DNA of 64,000 bases from Pseudomonadota bacterium (GCA_022571365.1 JACZXZ010000002.1:14402-78401); one strand, 5' to 3'; shown: positions 1-10,106, counted from the stretch's first letter. Numbers and translations: made by a program. The notes: generated by a model from the letters alone, not told the origin.

Positions 1-2
1 CG

Positions 3-104
3 CTTGCCGCGAGCCTCGAGCTGGCCCGGACCGGCAAGGCGCAGCTGCGCCAGGACGTGGCATTCGGACCGATCTACCTGCGCCGGACGCCGAAAGGCAA
101 ATGA
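3..104 (+). CDS. scpA: Segregation and condensation protein A, C-terminal fragment (gene starts upstream of window)
   Basis: Frame-3 translation ...ASLELARTGKAQLRQDVAFGPIYLRRTPKGK* resembles a ScpA C-terminus; stop overlaps the ATG of scpB (ATGA), the usual scpA-scpB coupling. Confidence 0.55.
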   Translation, partial: LAASLELARTGKAQLRQDVAFGPIYLRRTPKGK

Positions 105-742
105 CCGACAGGCACCAGCAATTGCGTCTTTTGGAGGCGGTGTTGTTCGCGACCCGCGAACCACTGAGCGAAGCGGTCCTGGCCGAGCGGATGCCCGACG
201 GGGTGGCGGTGTCATCGCTCATCGAAGACCTCAAGGAGCTTTACGCCAACCGGGGCGTTAACCTGGTGCGGGTCGCCGGCGGATGGGCCTTCCGCACCGC
301 CTCGGACCTGGCGTCCCGGCTTGCGGTCGAGACCCGGGTCGAACGCAAGCTGTCGCGGGCCGCGATCGAAACATTGGCGATCATCGCCTACCATCAGCCG
401 GTGACGCGGGCCGAAATCGAGGAAATCCGCGGGGTGTCTCCGAGCCGGGGGACCCTCGACATCCTGTTGGAGGCGGGGTGGATTCGCCCCGGACGTCGGC
501 GGCGCAGTCCGGGCCGGCCGCTCACCTGGGTTAGCACGGGGGCCTTCCTCGACCATTTCGGTCTGGAAAGCCTCGAGGATCTACCTGGTATCGAGGATCT
601 CAAGGCCACCGGTTTGCTCGACGCGCGGCCGGCCATCGGCGACTTTAGCGCTGGACTGTCCGACGCGGAACTTGCGGAAGAGGAGGCCGAGGCTCCGTCC
701 GGCGAGGAAGGGGACATGGCGCGCAACGCCGAGGACGACTGA
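101..742 (+). CDS. scpB: Segregation and condensation protein B
   Basis: 213 aa; N-terminal LRLLEAVLFATREPLS motif and winged-helix repeats typical of ScpB; acidic C-terminal tail. Confidence 0.85.
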   Translation: MTDRHQQLRLLEAVLFATREPLSEAVLAERMPDGVAVSSLIEDLKELYANRGVNLVRVAGGWAFRTASDLASRLAVETRVERKLSRAAIETLAIIAYHQPVTRAEIEEIRGVSPSRGTLDILLEAGWIRPGRRRRSPGRPLTWVSTGAFLDHFGLESLEDLPGIEDLKATGLLDARPAIGDFSAGLSDAELAEEEAEAPSGEEGDMARNAEDD

Positions 743-1105
743 GCGCCCGGCCGTCCAACCCCTATGGCGGGCTACCTCAGCCAAGTCTTCATCGTCAACG
801 GCGACACCTGATTCCGAAGTTTCGCACGCTCGACATGGGCCTACCTGCACCAGGGGTGTCCCGGCACGCCGTGGCGCAGGGGAGCATCGCCGCTGCTCAG
901 GGCCATCCATCACCGCTATGAGATTCGCCCGTATGAGCCGATCGCAAAGCCTCATCCCGGCCGTGGACAGCAAAGCGGCGTCAGTCCGGTCCGGCAGGGA
1001 CCCGCGTTGCCTGGAATCCCATCATCGCTGGCGCACGATGCGCGCGCCCGAGCCAAAAACTAAGGCCTCGCGACGGGCGAGGCCTCATTGAGGATGCCGG
1101 TGATG

Positions 1106-1133
1106 TTGCTAATAAGACTTATTCGCATTAATC
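1106..1133. promoter_or_regulatory. Candidate metal-responsive operator: perfect 13-bp palindrome AATAAGACTTATT in an AT-rich patch upstream of the ABC permease
   Basis: TTGCTAATAAGACTTATTCGCATTAATC in an otherwise GC-rich intergenic region; a hairpin GGCCTCGCGACGGGCGAGGCC lies just upstream (1063-1085). Confidence 0.25.
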
Positions 1134-1264
1134 TGGCAACAGGCGCGTGGTGACACAGATCGAAGCCGCGTCCTTGCCGATCTGCTTTGATTGCGAGAAA
1201 TGAGCCCGTGGCGAATTTGCCAGTAACTCCACTGACCCTTGAGCCGGCCGTTCGAGTCTGGCGG

Positions 1265-2911
1265 ATGTCACGGGCATGGCTCAACGGCTGGACTCTATTT
1301 ACCCTGCTCATTGCGGCGCTCGTCTCGATCCCGGTCATGGTCGTCGTGAGTAACGTATTCGTCCCGACCGGCGAGATCTGGAATCACCTGGCGGCGACGG
1401 TTCTGCCGCGCTACATCGCCAACTCCTTCTGGTTGATCCTCGGGGTCGGGACGGGCGTCCTGATCATCGGGGTCGGGACGGCCTGGCTGGTGACCATGTG
1501 CCGTTTTCCCGGCCGCCGAGCCATGGAGTGGGCGTTGTTGGTGCCGATGGCCGTGCCGGCCTATGTCATCGCCTATACCTACACCGGCCTGTTCGAGTTC
1601 GCCGGACCGGTGCAGACGGCGTTGAGAGAGGCCTCCGGGTGGACGCGGCAGGATTACTGGTTCCCCGAGATCCGGTCCCTGGGCGGCGCGATCACCATGA
1701 TGACGCTGGTGTTCTATCCCTACGTCTACCTGCTGTCGCGGGCCGCCTTCCTCGAGCAGTCGGTATGCGTGCTCGAGGTCAGCCGGACGCTCGGCTGCGG
1801 GCCGTGGCGGAGCTTCTTCACCGTGGCCCTGCCGTTGGCCCGGCCGGGTATCGTCGCCGGCCTGACGCTGGCGCTCATGGAGACCTTGAACGATTTCGGC
1901 ACGGTTCAATACTTCGCCGTCGACACCTTCACCACCGGCATTTACCGGACCTGGTTGGGCATGGGCGAAGCGGCCGCGGCGGCCCAGCTCGCGGCGGTAC
2001 TCCTGCTGTTCATCTTCGCCCTCGTCCTGCTGGAGCGGTGGTCGCGGGGGGGCGCCCGTTTTCATCACACCTCGGTCCGCTATCGGCCGCTGCCGCGCCA
2101 CCGGCTGCGCGGGCTCCGGGCGACACTCGCGCTTACGGCCTGCCTTCTGCCGATCTTCCTGGGGTTCCTGCTGCCCGGCGGGGCGCTCTTGACCTGGACC
2201 GTGGCAAGCGCGGGCGAGATGATCGACGCGCGGTTCGCGCGCCTGGTGCTCAATAGCTTTACCCTGGCGGCCACGGCCGCCGTGCTGGCCGTCGCTATCG
2301 CGGTCTTGATGGCCTACGGCCTCAGATTGCGGGCGACGAAAGCCATGATGCTCGCGGCCCGGGTCGCGAGCATGGGCTACGCGGTCCCCGGCACGGTGAT
2401 CGCGGTCGGAGTGCTGTTGCCCTTCGCCTGGATGGACAATGCGGTGGACGCGTGGATGCGAACCACCTTCGGGGTCTCCACCGGGCTTCTGTTGACCGGC
2501 ACCATCGCCGCGGTAATTTTCGCCTATCTGGTGCGGTTCCTGGCGATCTCCTTCAACACCGTCGAGGCCAGCCTGGCCAAGGTCACCAACAGCATGGACG
2601 ATGCCGCGCGAAGCCTGGGCCACGGGCCCGCCAGCATGCTCGCCCGGGTGCATATGCCGATGATCCGGGGCAGCCTCTTGACCGCCGGGCTCCTGGTCTT
2701 CGTCGAGGTCATGAAGGAGCTGCCGGCGACGCTCATCATACGGCCGTTCAATTTCGACACGCTCGCGATCCGCGTTTACGAACTGGCCGTCGACGAACGG
2801 CTCATCGAATCGTCCGGCCCCGCGCTTGCCATCGTGTTGGTGGGAATCATTCCGGTTATCCTGCTGAGCATGGCAATCACGCGCTCGCGTCCCGGTCACG
2901 GAAAGGGCTGA
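1265..2911 (+). CDS. ABC transporter permease, fused two-domain type (FbpB/ThiP-like, ~12 TM)
   Basis: Long hydrophobic ORF with two repeated permease halves; ATG at 1265 (MSRAWLNGWTLFTLLIAALV...) preferred over the TTG at 1187; stop adjoins the ATPase start. Confidence 0.8.
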   Translation: MSRAWLNGWTLFTLLIAALVSIPVMVVVSNVFVPTGEIWNHLAATVLPRYIANSFWLILGVGTGVLIIGVGTAWLVTMCRFPGRRAMEWALLVPMAVPAYVIAYTYTGLFEFAGPVQTALREASGWTRQDYWFPEIRSLGGAITMMTLVFYPYVYLLSRAAFLEQSVCVLEVSRTLGCGPWRSFFTVALPLARPGIVAGLTLALMETLNDFGTVQYFAVDTFTTGIYRTWLGMGEAAAAAQLAAVLLLFIFALVLLERWSRGGARFHHTSVRYRPLPRHRLRGLRATLALTACLLPIFLGFLLPGGALLTWTVASAGEMIDARFARLVLNSFTLAATAAVLAVAIAVLMAYGLRLRATKAMMLAARVASMGYAVPGTVIAVGVLLPFAWMDNAVDAWMRTTFGVSTGLLLTGTIAAVIFAYLVRFLAISFNTVEASLAKVTNSMDDAARSLGHGPASMLARVHMPMIRGSLLTAGLLVFVEVMKELPATLIIRPFNFDTLAIRVYELAVDERLIESSGPALAIVLVGIIPVILLSMAITRSRPGHGKG

Positions 2912-2912
2912 G

Positions 2913-3989
2913 ATGAACGAGGAGGCAATCCTGGAGCTCCAAAAGGTGAGTCATGCCTTCGGCCCGCTGCTGGCGCTCGACGATGTCAGCCTGACGATCG
3001 CGCCGGGCGAGCTGGTGTGCCTGGTGGGGCCTTCGGGCTGCGGCAAAACCACGTTGTTGCGCGTCGCCGCCGGCCTCGAGGAGCTGCAACAGGGCGGTAT
3101 CGCCATCGACGGCCGGACCGTGGCCGGTCGCGGCGCGCACATGCCGCCGGAAGAGCGCGGCGTGGGCCTGGTGTTTCAGGATTACGCGCTGTTCCCCCAT
3201 CTTTCGGTGCTCGACAATGTGGGCTTCGGTCTACGCGGGCAGCCCGCGGCCCAGCGCCGCATGCGCTCGCTCGAGATCCTGGAGCAGCTCGGGGTGGCCG
3301 GTCTCGCCCGGAACTTTCCCCACACGCTCTCCGGCGGTCAGCAACAGCGCGTCGCGCTGGCCCGCGCGCTTGCGCCAAAGCCCCGTTTGATGCTGCTGGA
3401 CGAGCCGTTTTCAGACCTCGACGCACGGCTCAGGGAACGGGTCCGGGACGAGACCCTGCACCTTCTCAAAAAGGCCGCCGCGGCCAGCCTGATCGTTACC
3501 CACGACCCGGACGAGGCCATGTTCATGGCCGAGCGGATAGCGGTTATGCGCGCCGGCCGAATCGTCCAGCTGGGCCGTCCGGCCGAGATCTACCTTCATC
3601 CGACGAACGCCTTCGTCGCCAGCCTCTTCAGCGAGGTCAACCGCATCGACGGCGTGGTTTCCGGCGGTGGGGTGGAGACCCCGTTCGGCATCCTCGACGC
3701 CAAGCATCTCGCCGACGGCACTGAAGTCCAGGTCTTGATCCGGCCCGAGGCGCTCAAGCTGGCCTGGGCCGGCGAAGGGGAGGCCGACCTCAACGTCGGC
3801 AGGGTCGTGACCGCTCGAATGCTGGGCCGCAGCACCCTCATCCATCTTCATCTCGGCCACTTCAACGGCCGGCCCTTGCACCTGCACAGCCGGGTGCCCG
3901 GCTACGTCGCCTTCGCCGAGGGCGACGACGTGACCGTAGGCCTCGATATCAGCCAAGCCTTTGTTTTCCCCAGAGATGACCCTACCTAG
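2913..3989 (+). CDS. ABC transporter ATP-binding protein with C-terminal TOBE-like domain (FbpC/PotA-like)
   Basis: Walker A GPSGCGKTT, ABC signature LSGGQQQRVALARAL, Walker B LLLDEP; ~120 aa C-terminal extension. Confidence 0.88.
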   Translation: MNEEAILELQKVSHAFGPLLALDDVSLTIAPGELVCLVGPSGCGKTTLLRVAAGLEELQQGGIAIDGRTVAGRGAHMPPEERGVGLVFQDYALFPHLSVLDNVGFGLRGQPAAQRRMRSLEILEQLGVAGLARNFPHTLSGGQQQRVALARALAPKPRLMLLDEPFSDLDARLRERVRDETLHLLKKAAAASLIVTHDPDEAMFMAERIAVMRAGRIVQLGRPAEIYLHPTNAFVASLFSEVNRIDGVVSGGGVETPFGILDAKHLADGTEVQVLIRPEALKLAWAGEGEADLNVGRVVTARMLGRSTLIHLHLGHFNGRPLHLHSRVPGYVAFAEGDDVTVGLDISQAFVFPRDDPT

Positions 3990-4086
3990 AAGGGCAGGTA
4001 ATATGCCGGCGTTGCAGGATGGACGTATTTTTGCCATCATCCACCGGTTGTACCGAAGCGGAGAAAACAACTAAGGAGCGACTAGG

Positions 4087-4338
4087 ATGGGGAGTTTCAG
4101 CATCTGGCATTGGCTTGTCGTTCTCGCTGTTATCCTTCTTCTTTTCGGCGGCAGCGGCAAGATATCGAAACTCATGGGCGATACGGCGCGGGGCATCAAG
4201 TCCTTCAAGAAAGGCCTCAAGGAGGAAGAGGAAGAGGAACCCGTCGTTGAGAATCAACCCCAGAAGGCCTTGAAGTCGGAAACGGCGGCGCCGGCCGCCG
4301 AGACCACCACGCAGAAGGACGAGGCGACCAAAAGCTGA
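4087..4338 (+). CDS. tatA: Twin-arginine translocase subunit TatA
   Basis: 83 aa; N-terminal TM helix then [24 protein letters not shown] amphipathic helix; acidic tail. Confidence 0.85.
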   Translation: MGSFSIWHWLVVLAVILLLFGGSGKISKLMGDTARGIKSFKKGLKEEEEEEPVVENQPQKALKSETAAPAAETTTQKDEATKS

Positions 4339-4392
4339 CGGCTTGAGCGGGACGCCATTCCCCTCGTCATTCACGGAAGGGGCTGACCTCTG

Positions 4393-5079
4393 ATGTTCGA
4401 CCTCGGTTGGTCCGAAATGATGATCATCGCCACGGTGGTGCTGATCATCTTCGGACCGAAGGACCTGCCGAAGGTCCTCAAGACCGCGACCTTTTGGATG
4501 CGCAAGGGCCGGGCGCTCGCCAAGGAGTTCCGGAACGGTCTCGATGAAATAGTCCGGGAAGCCGAACTGGATGAGCTCAAGAAGGACCTCGAATCGGCGA
4601 CGCGCTACGACCTGAAGGGGGAGATGGAAAAAACCATCGACCCGACCGGCAGCCTCGTCAAAGCCCTCGATGCGCCGGACGAACTCACCAAGTCGAAGGC
4701 CGAACCCGCGGCGGCGGGCGACACCGAGGCCAAGCCCAAGGCCGAACCCGCGGCGGCGGGCGACACCGAGGCCAAGCCCAAGGCCGAACCCGCGGCAGGG
4801 GACGACACCGAGGCCAAGCCCAAGGCCGAACCCGCGGCGGCGGGCGACACCGCGGCCAAGCCCAAGGCCGAACCCGCGGCGGCGGGCGACACCGCGGCCA
4901 AGCCCAAGGCCGAACCCGCGGCGGCGGGCGACACCGCGGCCAAGCCCAAGGCCGAACCCGCGGCGGCGGGCGACACCGCGGCCAAGCCCAAGGCCGAACC
5001 CGCGGCGGGGGGCACATCGAGGCCCAGACGAGGGAAGGCGAATCGAAGGCCGGCGGTGGAAAACGCGAGGAGCCGCTAA
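4393..5079 (+). CDS. tatB: Twin-arginine translocase subunit TatB with repetitive C-terminal extension
   Basis: MFDLGWSEMMIIATVVLIIFGPKDLPKVLKT... TatB-type N-terminus; C-terminal half is 7 tandem copies of KAEPAAAGDT(E/A)AKP. Confidence 0.8.
   Translation: MFDLGWSEMMIIATVVLIIFGPKDLPKVLKTATFWMRKGRALAKEFRNGLDEIVREAELDELKKDLESATRYDLKGEMEKTIDPTGSLVKALDAPDELTKSKAEPAAAGDTEAKPKAEPAAAGDTEAKPKAEPAAGDDTEAKPKAEPAAAGDTAAKPKAEPAAAGDTAAKPKAEPAAAGDTAAKPKAEPAAAGDTAAKPKAEPAAGGTSRPRRGKANRRPAVENARSR
4696..5010 (+). repeat. 42-bp tandem repeat, about 7.5 copies, inside tatB coding sequence
   Basis: AAGGCCGAACCCGCGGCGGCGGGCGACACCG(A/C)GGCCAAGCCC repeated head-to-tail; copies 1-3 carry GAG, copies 4-7 GCG, copy 3 carries AGDD variant. 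Confidence 0.9.
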
Positions 5080-5166
5080 CGGGGGATGCCCTGGTGGCGG
5101 CGAAATCTGAGGGGGCCTAAGAAAGTGGCCGAAGAAGCCGCAGGCGAGGAGCGTGAGGAGAAAAAG

Positions 5167-5928
5167 ATGCCGATGCTCTCCCATCTGGGGGAGCTCCGCA
5201 ATCGGCTGATCTATTCCTTCATTGCCTTCATCATCGCGTTTTTCGCCTTTTTCTACGTGGCCGAGGACATATTCGCGTTCCTGGTCAGGCCGTTAGCCCG
5301 GGTCATGGAGAAGGAGACCGGCGGGCGCATGATTTACACCGCCCTGCACGAGGCGTTCTTCACCTACGTCAAGGTGGCGTTCTTCAGCGCGGCCTTTGTG
5401 TCCTTTCCGGTCGTCGCCGGCCAGATCTGGGCGTTCGTCGCGCCGGGCCTCTACAAGAACGAAAAACGGGCCTTCCTACCCTTCCTCGTCGCGACCCCCA
5501 TCCTGTTCATTATGGGCGCCGCGCTCGTCTATTACCTTATTTTCCCGCTTGCCTGGCAGTTCTTCCTGGGCTTCCAGACGCCGAGCAGCGAGGGCATGCT
5601 GGCCATCGAGATCGAGCCCAAGATCAACGAGTATCTCTCCCTGGTCATGCGGCTGATCTTCGCCTTCGGCGTCGGCTTCCAGCTTCCGGTGTTGCTGTTG
5701 CTGATGGCGCGGGCCGGCCTGGTGACCGCCAAGGGCCTCGCCGCCAAGCGCAAATACGCCATCGTCCTGGCCTTCATCGCCGCCGCGATCCTGACCCCGC
5801 CGGACGTCATCAGCCAAGTCGGCCTGGCCCTGCCGATCCTCCTGCTCTACGAGATATCCATCTTCCTGGTCCGCCTGTCCGAGAAACGGCGGGCTGCCAA
5901 GGAGGCGGCCGAAGAGGCCGAGAGCTAG
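5167..5928 (+). CDS. tatC: Twin-arginine translocase subunit TatC
   Basis: MPMLSHLGELRNRLIYSFIAFIIAF... canonical TatC N-terminus and 6 TM segments; GAGGAG RBS before ATG 5167 (ORF track begins 5086). Confidence 0.85.
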   Translation: MPMLSHLGELRNRLIYSFIAFIIAFFAFFYVAEDIFAFLVRPLARVMEKETGGRMIYTALHEAFFTYVKVAFFSAAFVSFPVVAGQIWAFVAPGLYKNEKRAFLPFLVATPILFIMGAALVYYLIFPLAWQFFLGFQTPSSEGMLAIEIEPKINEYLSLVMRLIFAFGVGFQLPVLLLLMARAGLVTAKGLAAKRKYAIVLAFIAAAILTPPDVISQVGLALPILLLYEISIFLVRLSEKRRAAKEAAEEAES

Positions 5929-6064
5929 GACAAAGCGCGGGGAAACCGATTTCAACCCGGGCTTTTGACCCCGCGCGGCGGTGGACGCGGCCCGCACCGC
6001 GACCTATAAGAGCACGCCGGCACACGGCGCTTGGTATTGAGTTTCGCGGAAACGCAAGTCGTAT

Positions 6065-6170
6065 TCCTGGCCCTCATGCTTCGACAGGCTCAGCACGACG
6101 GCTTCGACAAGCTCGGTATGAGGACTTCGACAGGCTCAGCATGAGGGCATAAGCATGCGTTCGATCCTGA
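6065..6170. repeat. Composite intergenic repeat element (REP/MITE-like) upstream of serS
   Basis: Inverted ends GCCCTCATGC ... GCATGAGGGC enclosing two direct copies of CTTCGACAGGCTCAGCA plus a degenerate third (CTTCGACAAGCTCGG). Confidence 0.35.
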
Positions 6171-6240
6171 GCCGCTCGAGGGGCGAGGCCCGTCTCGCGT
6201 ATCTACGATAGTACGTAGCTAGTCACGACGACGGTTCCCG

Positions 6241-7518
6241 ATGTTCGATCTCAAATGGATCCGCGACAATTCGGCGGCCTTCGACGCCGGGCTCAAGGCC
6301 CGCGGCGTGGGGCCGACAGCCGCGCGCGTCATCGCGCTCGACGAGAAGCGCCGCGAGGCGCTCACCGCCGCCCAAGAAATCCAGGCCCGGCGCAACAAGC
6401 TGTCCAAGGAGATCGGCATCGCCAAGACCAAGGGCGAGGACGTGAGCGGGATGATCCGCGCCGTATCGGCCGAGGAAGAGCTCCAGGCTGAAGCCGAGGA
6501 ACGGGTGCGGCAATTGGCCGCCGGGCTCGACGAGCTGCTCGAAGGCCTGCCCAACCTGGCGGCCGATGACGTGCCGGTGGGGGAGGACGCCAGCGCCAAC
6601 GTCGTCTTGCGCACCGTCGGCGTGAGGCCCGAATTCGACTTCACGCCCAAGGAGCATTTCGAGATCGGCGCGGGGCTGGGCCAGATGGACTTCGAGCGGG
6701 CGGCGAAGATGTCCGGGGCGCGGTTCGTCGTGCTCACCGGCGCGCTCGCCCGGCTCGAGCGGGCGCTCGCCCAGTTCATGCTCGACCTCCACACCACCGA
6801 GTTCGGCTACACGGAAGTGAGCCCGCCGCTCTTGGTGCGGGACGATGCTGTGTTCGGCACCGGGCAGTTGCCGAAATTCGGCGCCGATTTGTTCCGCACC
6901 ACCGACGATTACTGGCTAATCCCGACGGCCGAGGTGCCGCTCACCAACCTGGTGCGCGAGCGGATTCTCGACGAGGGCGACCTGCCGCTCCGATTCACCG
7001 CCTTCACCGGCTGCTTCCGCTCCGAAGCCGGAGCCGCCGGCAAGGACACCCGCGGCATGTTGCGCCAGCACCAATTCTACAAGGTCGAGCTGGTCAGCAT
7101 CACCCATCCCGACCACTCGGAGGCCGAACTCGAGCGCATGACGTCCTGCGCCGAGGAGGTGTTGAAACGGCTCGGGCTCCACTACCAGGTGGTGGTCCTG
7201 TCCACCAGCGACATGGGATTTGCCGCGCGCAAGACCCTCGACATCGAGGTCTGGCTGCCCGGCCAGGAGGCCTACCGCGAGATTTCCAGCTGCTCGAACT
7301 GCTGGGACTTCCAGGCCCGGCGCATGAAGGCGCGCTTCAAGCCGGCGGGGGGCAAGGGCACGCGCTTCGTCCACACCCTCAATGGCTCCGGCCTTGCCGT
7401 CGGGCGCACCCTGATCGCGCTGCTGGAGCACTACCAGCGCGCCGACGGCTCGGTCGAGATGCCGACGGCCTTAAGACCCTATATGGACGGGCTCGAGGTC
7501 TTGACCGCCGATGTTTAA
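6241..7518 (+). CDS. serS: Seryl-tRNA synthetase
   Basis: 425 aa; N-terminal coiled-coil arm, class II motifs ([21 protein letters not shown]; [15 protein letters not shown]). Confidence 0.95.
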   Translation: MFDLKWIRDNSAAFDAGLKARGVGPTAARVIALDEKRREALTAAQEIQARRNKLSKEIGIAKTKGEDVSGMIRAVSAEEELQAEAEERVRQLAAGLDELLEGLPNLAADDVPVGEDASANVVLRTVGVRPEFDFTPKEHFEIGAGLGQMDFERAAKMSGARFVVLTGALARLERALAQFMLDLHTTEFGYTEVSPPLLVRDDAVFGTGQLPKFGADLFRTTDDYWLIPTAEVPLTNLVRERILDEGDLPLRFTAFTGCFRSEAGAAGKDTRGMLRQHQFYKVELVSITHPDHSEAELERMTSCAEEVLKRLGLHYQVVVLSTSDMGFAARKTLDIEVWLPGQEAYREISSCSNCWDFQARRMKARFKPAGGKGTRFVHTLNGSGLAVGRTLIALLEHYQRADGSVEMPTALRPYMDGLEVLTADV

Positions 7519-8293
7519 GTGGCCGCTCGACCTCGCCCGGGCGCGGATCCTGATCTCGAATGACGACGGCGTTTACGCGCCCGGCCTGAAGCTCCTGGAG
7601 CGAATCGCCCGCCAGTTGTCGAAGGACGTCTGGGTGGTGGTGCCGCAAATCGAGCAAAGCGCCGCCAGCCATTCGCTGACCCTGTCCCGGCCGCTCAGGA
7701 TCCGGAAGCTGTCGCCGCGCCGCTACTGGCTGGACGGCACGCCCACCGACTGCGTGCTGCTGGCGATCAAGAATATCCTGAAGGACCATCCTCCCGACCT
7801 GGTGCTGTCCGGAGTGAACCGGGGCGGCAATCTGGGCGAGGACGTCACCTACTCGGGCACCATCGCCGCGGCCATGGAGGCGACGCTCTTGGGCGTCCCG
7901 GCGATCGCCTTGAGCCAGTATGTGGTCGGCAACAACCGGACCAAGTGGCAGACCGCCGAGCGTCACGCGCCAGGGCTCATCAGGCGGCTGGTCGAGGTGA
8001 CCTGGCCCGCGGGCGTGGTCGTCAACGTCAACTTCCCCGACGTTCCCGCCGATGAGGTCACGGGGATCGAGATCACCCGCCAGGGTCGGCGCAAGGTCGG
8101 CGACGAGCTTCAGGAACGGCTTGACCCGCGCGGCAGGCCCTATTACTGGATCGGCAGCATGCGCAGGGAGGAGCTGTCGCGGCCCGGCACGGACCTGGCG
8201 GCGGTCCACCAGGGCGCCATTTCGGTAACACCGCTCTACCTCGACCTGACTCACGCGCCGACCGTCAAGGCGTTCAGAAAGACTTGGCATTGA
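7511..8293 (+). CDS. surE: 5'/3'-nucleotidase SurE
   Basis: [16 protein letters not shown]-terminal motif; 260 aa; overlaps serS stop. Confidence 0.9.
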   Translation: MFKWPLDLARARILISNDDGVYAPGLKLLERIARQLSKDVWVVVPQIEQSAASHSLTLSRPLRIRKLSPRRYWLDGTPTDCVLLAIKNILKDHPPDLVLSGVNRGGNLGEDVTYSGTIAAAMEATLLGVPAIALSQYVVGNNRTKWQTAERHAPGLIRRLVEVTWPAGVVVNVNFPDVPADEVTGIEITRQGRRKVGDELQERLDPRGRPYYWIGSMRREELSRPGTDLAAVHQGAISVTPLYLDLTHAPTVKAFRKTWH

Positions 8294-8471
8294 CCTTTGA
8301 GGCCCGAATATCCCCCTGCTTGCGGAACTCAGGCGGTTTATACTATGGGGGTATTGGGGCTCGCCCTGTCCCGCTCGTCGCCGATGGGCCACGCGGTGCC
8401 GGAATGAAGCCGGAAGCCGATGCAAGGGACGCGCGCCTGACGGTATAAACTTCACCTCGGGGGCTTGATCG

Positions 8472-9458
8472 ATGGAGAGGTCTCGCCCGGTCGTGGGCGG
8501 GCTCGGTTTCGCGACGGCGCTCGCCGCCATGGTGTTGCTCACCGGCTGCGCGGTACTCGGCCCGCCATTGGTGCCGGTGACGCAACGGACCACGCCGCCC
8601 CCGGGCCAGGCCTTGCGAATCCTCGCGGGGAGCGGGATTCATATCGTCAAGCGCGGCGATACGGTCTACGGCATCTCGCGGCGCTACGGCCTGCCGGTGC
8701 GCGCGGTGATTGACGCCAATGGGCTCGGGCCGCCCTATCTCCTGGAGATCGGCCAGCGCCTGGTCATTCCCGAAACTCTGGAGCACCTGGTCCAGCGCGG
8801 CGACACGCTCTACGGCATCTCGCGGCACTACGGGATCTCCATGAGCGATGTGGCCAGGGCCAACGGGATCAAGCCGCCTTACACCATTGTGGTCGGCCAG
8901 CGCCTGCGTCTGCCGTTGTCGGCGCCCGGCCTGGCGCTCGCCGCGGCGCCGAATCCGGCGGCGCCTTCCATTCCGGCCGACAGGCAGCCGTCCCAACCCT
9001 CCAAGACCGAGCGTCTGGTCGCCATCCCGACCCCGCCGCCCTTGAGCAACGACACGTTCCTGTGGCCGGTCAAGGGCAAGATCATCTCGAGCTTCGGCCC
9101 GAAGAAGAACGGCTTCCATAACGACGGCATCAACATTTCCGCGCCGCGCGGAACGCCGGTCGTGGCGGCCGCGAACGGCGTGGTGGTTTATGCCGGCAAC
9201 GAGCTCAGGGGCTTCGGCAACCTGCTGCTGATCAAACATGCCGACGGCTGGATAACCGCCTACGCCCACAACGAGACCTTGCTGGTCAAGCGCGGCGACC
9301 TGGTGAGAAGAGGCCAGATCATCTCTCGCGTCGGCAGCACCGGCAACGTCGCCGAGGCCCAGCTTCATTTCGAAATTCGCCGCGGCCGGCGCGCGGTCAA
9401 TCCCCTGGACCAGATGGTCCAGATAGGCCGGCCCACACAAGCGGTCGCCAAGGCCTGA
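8472..9458 (+). CDS. nlpD: LysM-domain M23 family murein endopeptidase lipoprotein (NlpD-like)
   Basis: Lipoprotein signal (..LLTGCAV), two LysM repeats (VKRGDTVYGISRRYG; VQRGDTLYGISRHYG), C-terminal M23 domain; follows surE as in the surE-(pcm)-nlpD arrangement. Confidence 0.85.
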   Translation: MERSRPVVGGLGFATALAAMVLLTGCAVLGPPLVPVTQRTTPPPGQALRILAGSGIHIVKRGDTVYGISRRYGLPVRAVIDANGLGPPYLLEIGQRLVIPETLEHLVQRGDTLYGISRHYGISMSDVARANGIKPPYTIVVGQRLRLPLSAPGLALAAAPNPAAPSIPADRQPSQPSKTERLVAIPTPPPLSNDTFLWPVKGKIISSFGPKKNGFHNDGINISAPRGTPVVAAANGVVVYAGNELRGFGNLLLIKHADGWITAYAHNETLLVKRGDLVRRGQIISRVGSTGNVAEAQLHFEIRRGRRAVNPLDQMVQIGRPTQAVAKA

Positions 9459-9713
9459 TGAATTGACGGGCGGGGTGGGGAGCTCGGCCGCAACGCTCCG
9501 ACACGCCCGCCTCGATCGTCAATCGAGGTGAGCGGGGCAGCGGCGGGTGTGAAGGACCACGGCGTTTGCTCCCTCCCTGCGTTGCCGGTATGGTGCCGGG
9601 AGGATTGCCGCGGGCGCGCCGCGGGCCCTGCGGCGTGGCCCCGGTCGCTTGCAAGTGTGGCTTCTGGCGGTATAGTCCGGCAGATTTCGCCGTCTTGAGA
9701 GGGGAGACCCGCG

Positions 9714-10106
9714 ATGTTCATTTCGCCAGCTTACGCGCAAGACGCGGCCAACGGGGGCGGGTTCGATCTCATGGCGCTCCTGCCGCTGATCCTGATCTTC
9801 GCCGTGTTCTACTTCCTGCTGATCCGCCCCCAGCAGAAGAAAATGAAGGAGCACAAAGTCAAGGTCGCGGCGATGAGGCGTGGTGATAAGGTCGTGACCG
9901 GCGGCGGCATCATTGCCACCGTTACCAAGATCGTGGACGACAACGAGGCCGTCGTCGAAATCACCGACGGCATCAAGGTGCGCATCATCAAGTCCACGGT
10001 CTCGGACGTGCTGGCCAAGCCCGAGCCAGCCAGCGGCGGAAGAGGCCAGGCCGAGGGCGACGGCGAATCCAAGCGGGGCGCGGACAAGCTGGTGGGACGC
10101 CGCTGA
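9714..10106 (+). CDS. yajC: Preprotein translocase subunit YajC
   Basis: LILIFAVFYFLLIRPQQKKMKEHK... YajC signature; precedes secD. Confidence 0.9.
   Translation: MFISPAYAQDAANGGGFDLMALLPLILIFAVFYFLLIRPQQKKMKEHKVKVAAMRRGDKVVTGGGIIATVTKIVDDNEAVVEITDGIKVRIIKSTVSDVLAKPEPASGGRGQAEGDGESKRGADKLVGRR

Noticed and set aside
1295-2899. Long antisense ORFs (e.g. 1295..2899, 9988..11427, 16083..18668, 20518..22629, 36429..39821, 40020..41147, 7379..8593, 8343..9440) overlapping well-supported genes
   Set aside because: Typical stop-codon-poor antisense frames of a ~68% GC genome; low-complexity Arg/Gly/Pro/Ala-rich translations with no motifs, fully embedded in strongly supported CDSs (permease, secD, uvrA, gyrA, mfd etc.).
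4605-5110. ORFs 4605..5015(-), 4670..5110(+), 4685..5017(-) with highly repetitive translations (PRPSPRPNPRRRAT..., PPPRVRPWAWPRCR...)
   Set aside because: Alternative frames and opposite strand of the 42-bp tandem repeat inside tatB; repetition is a by-product of the DNA repeat.
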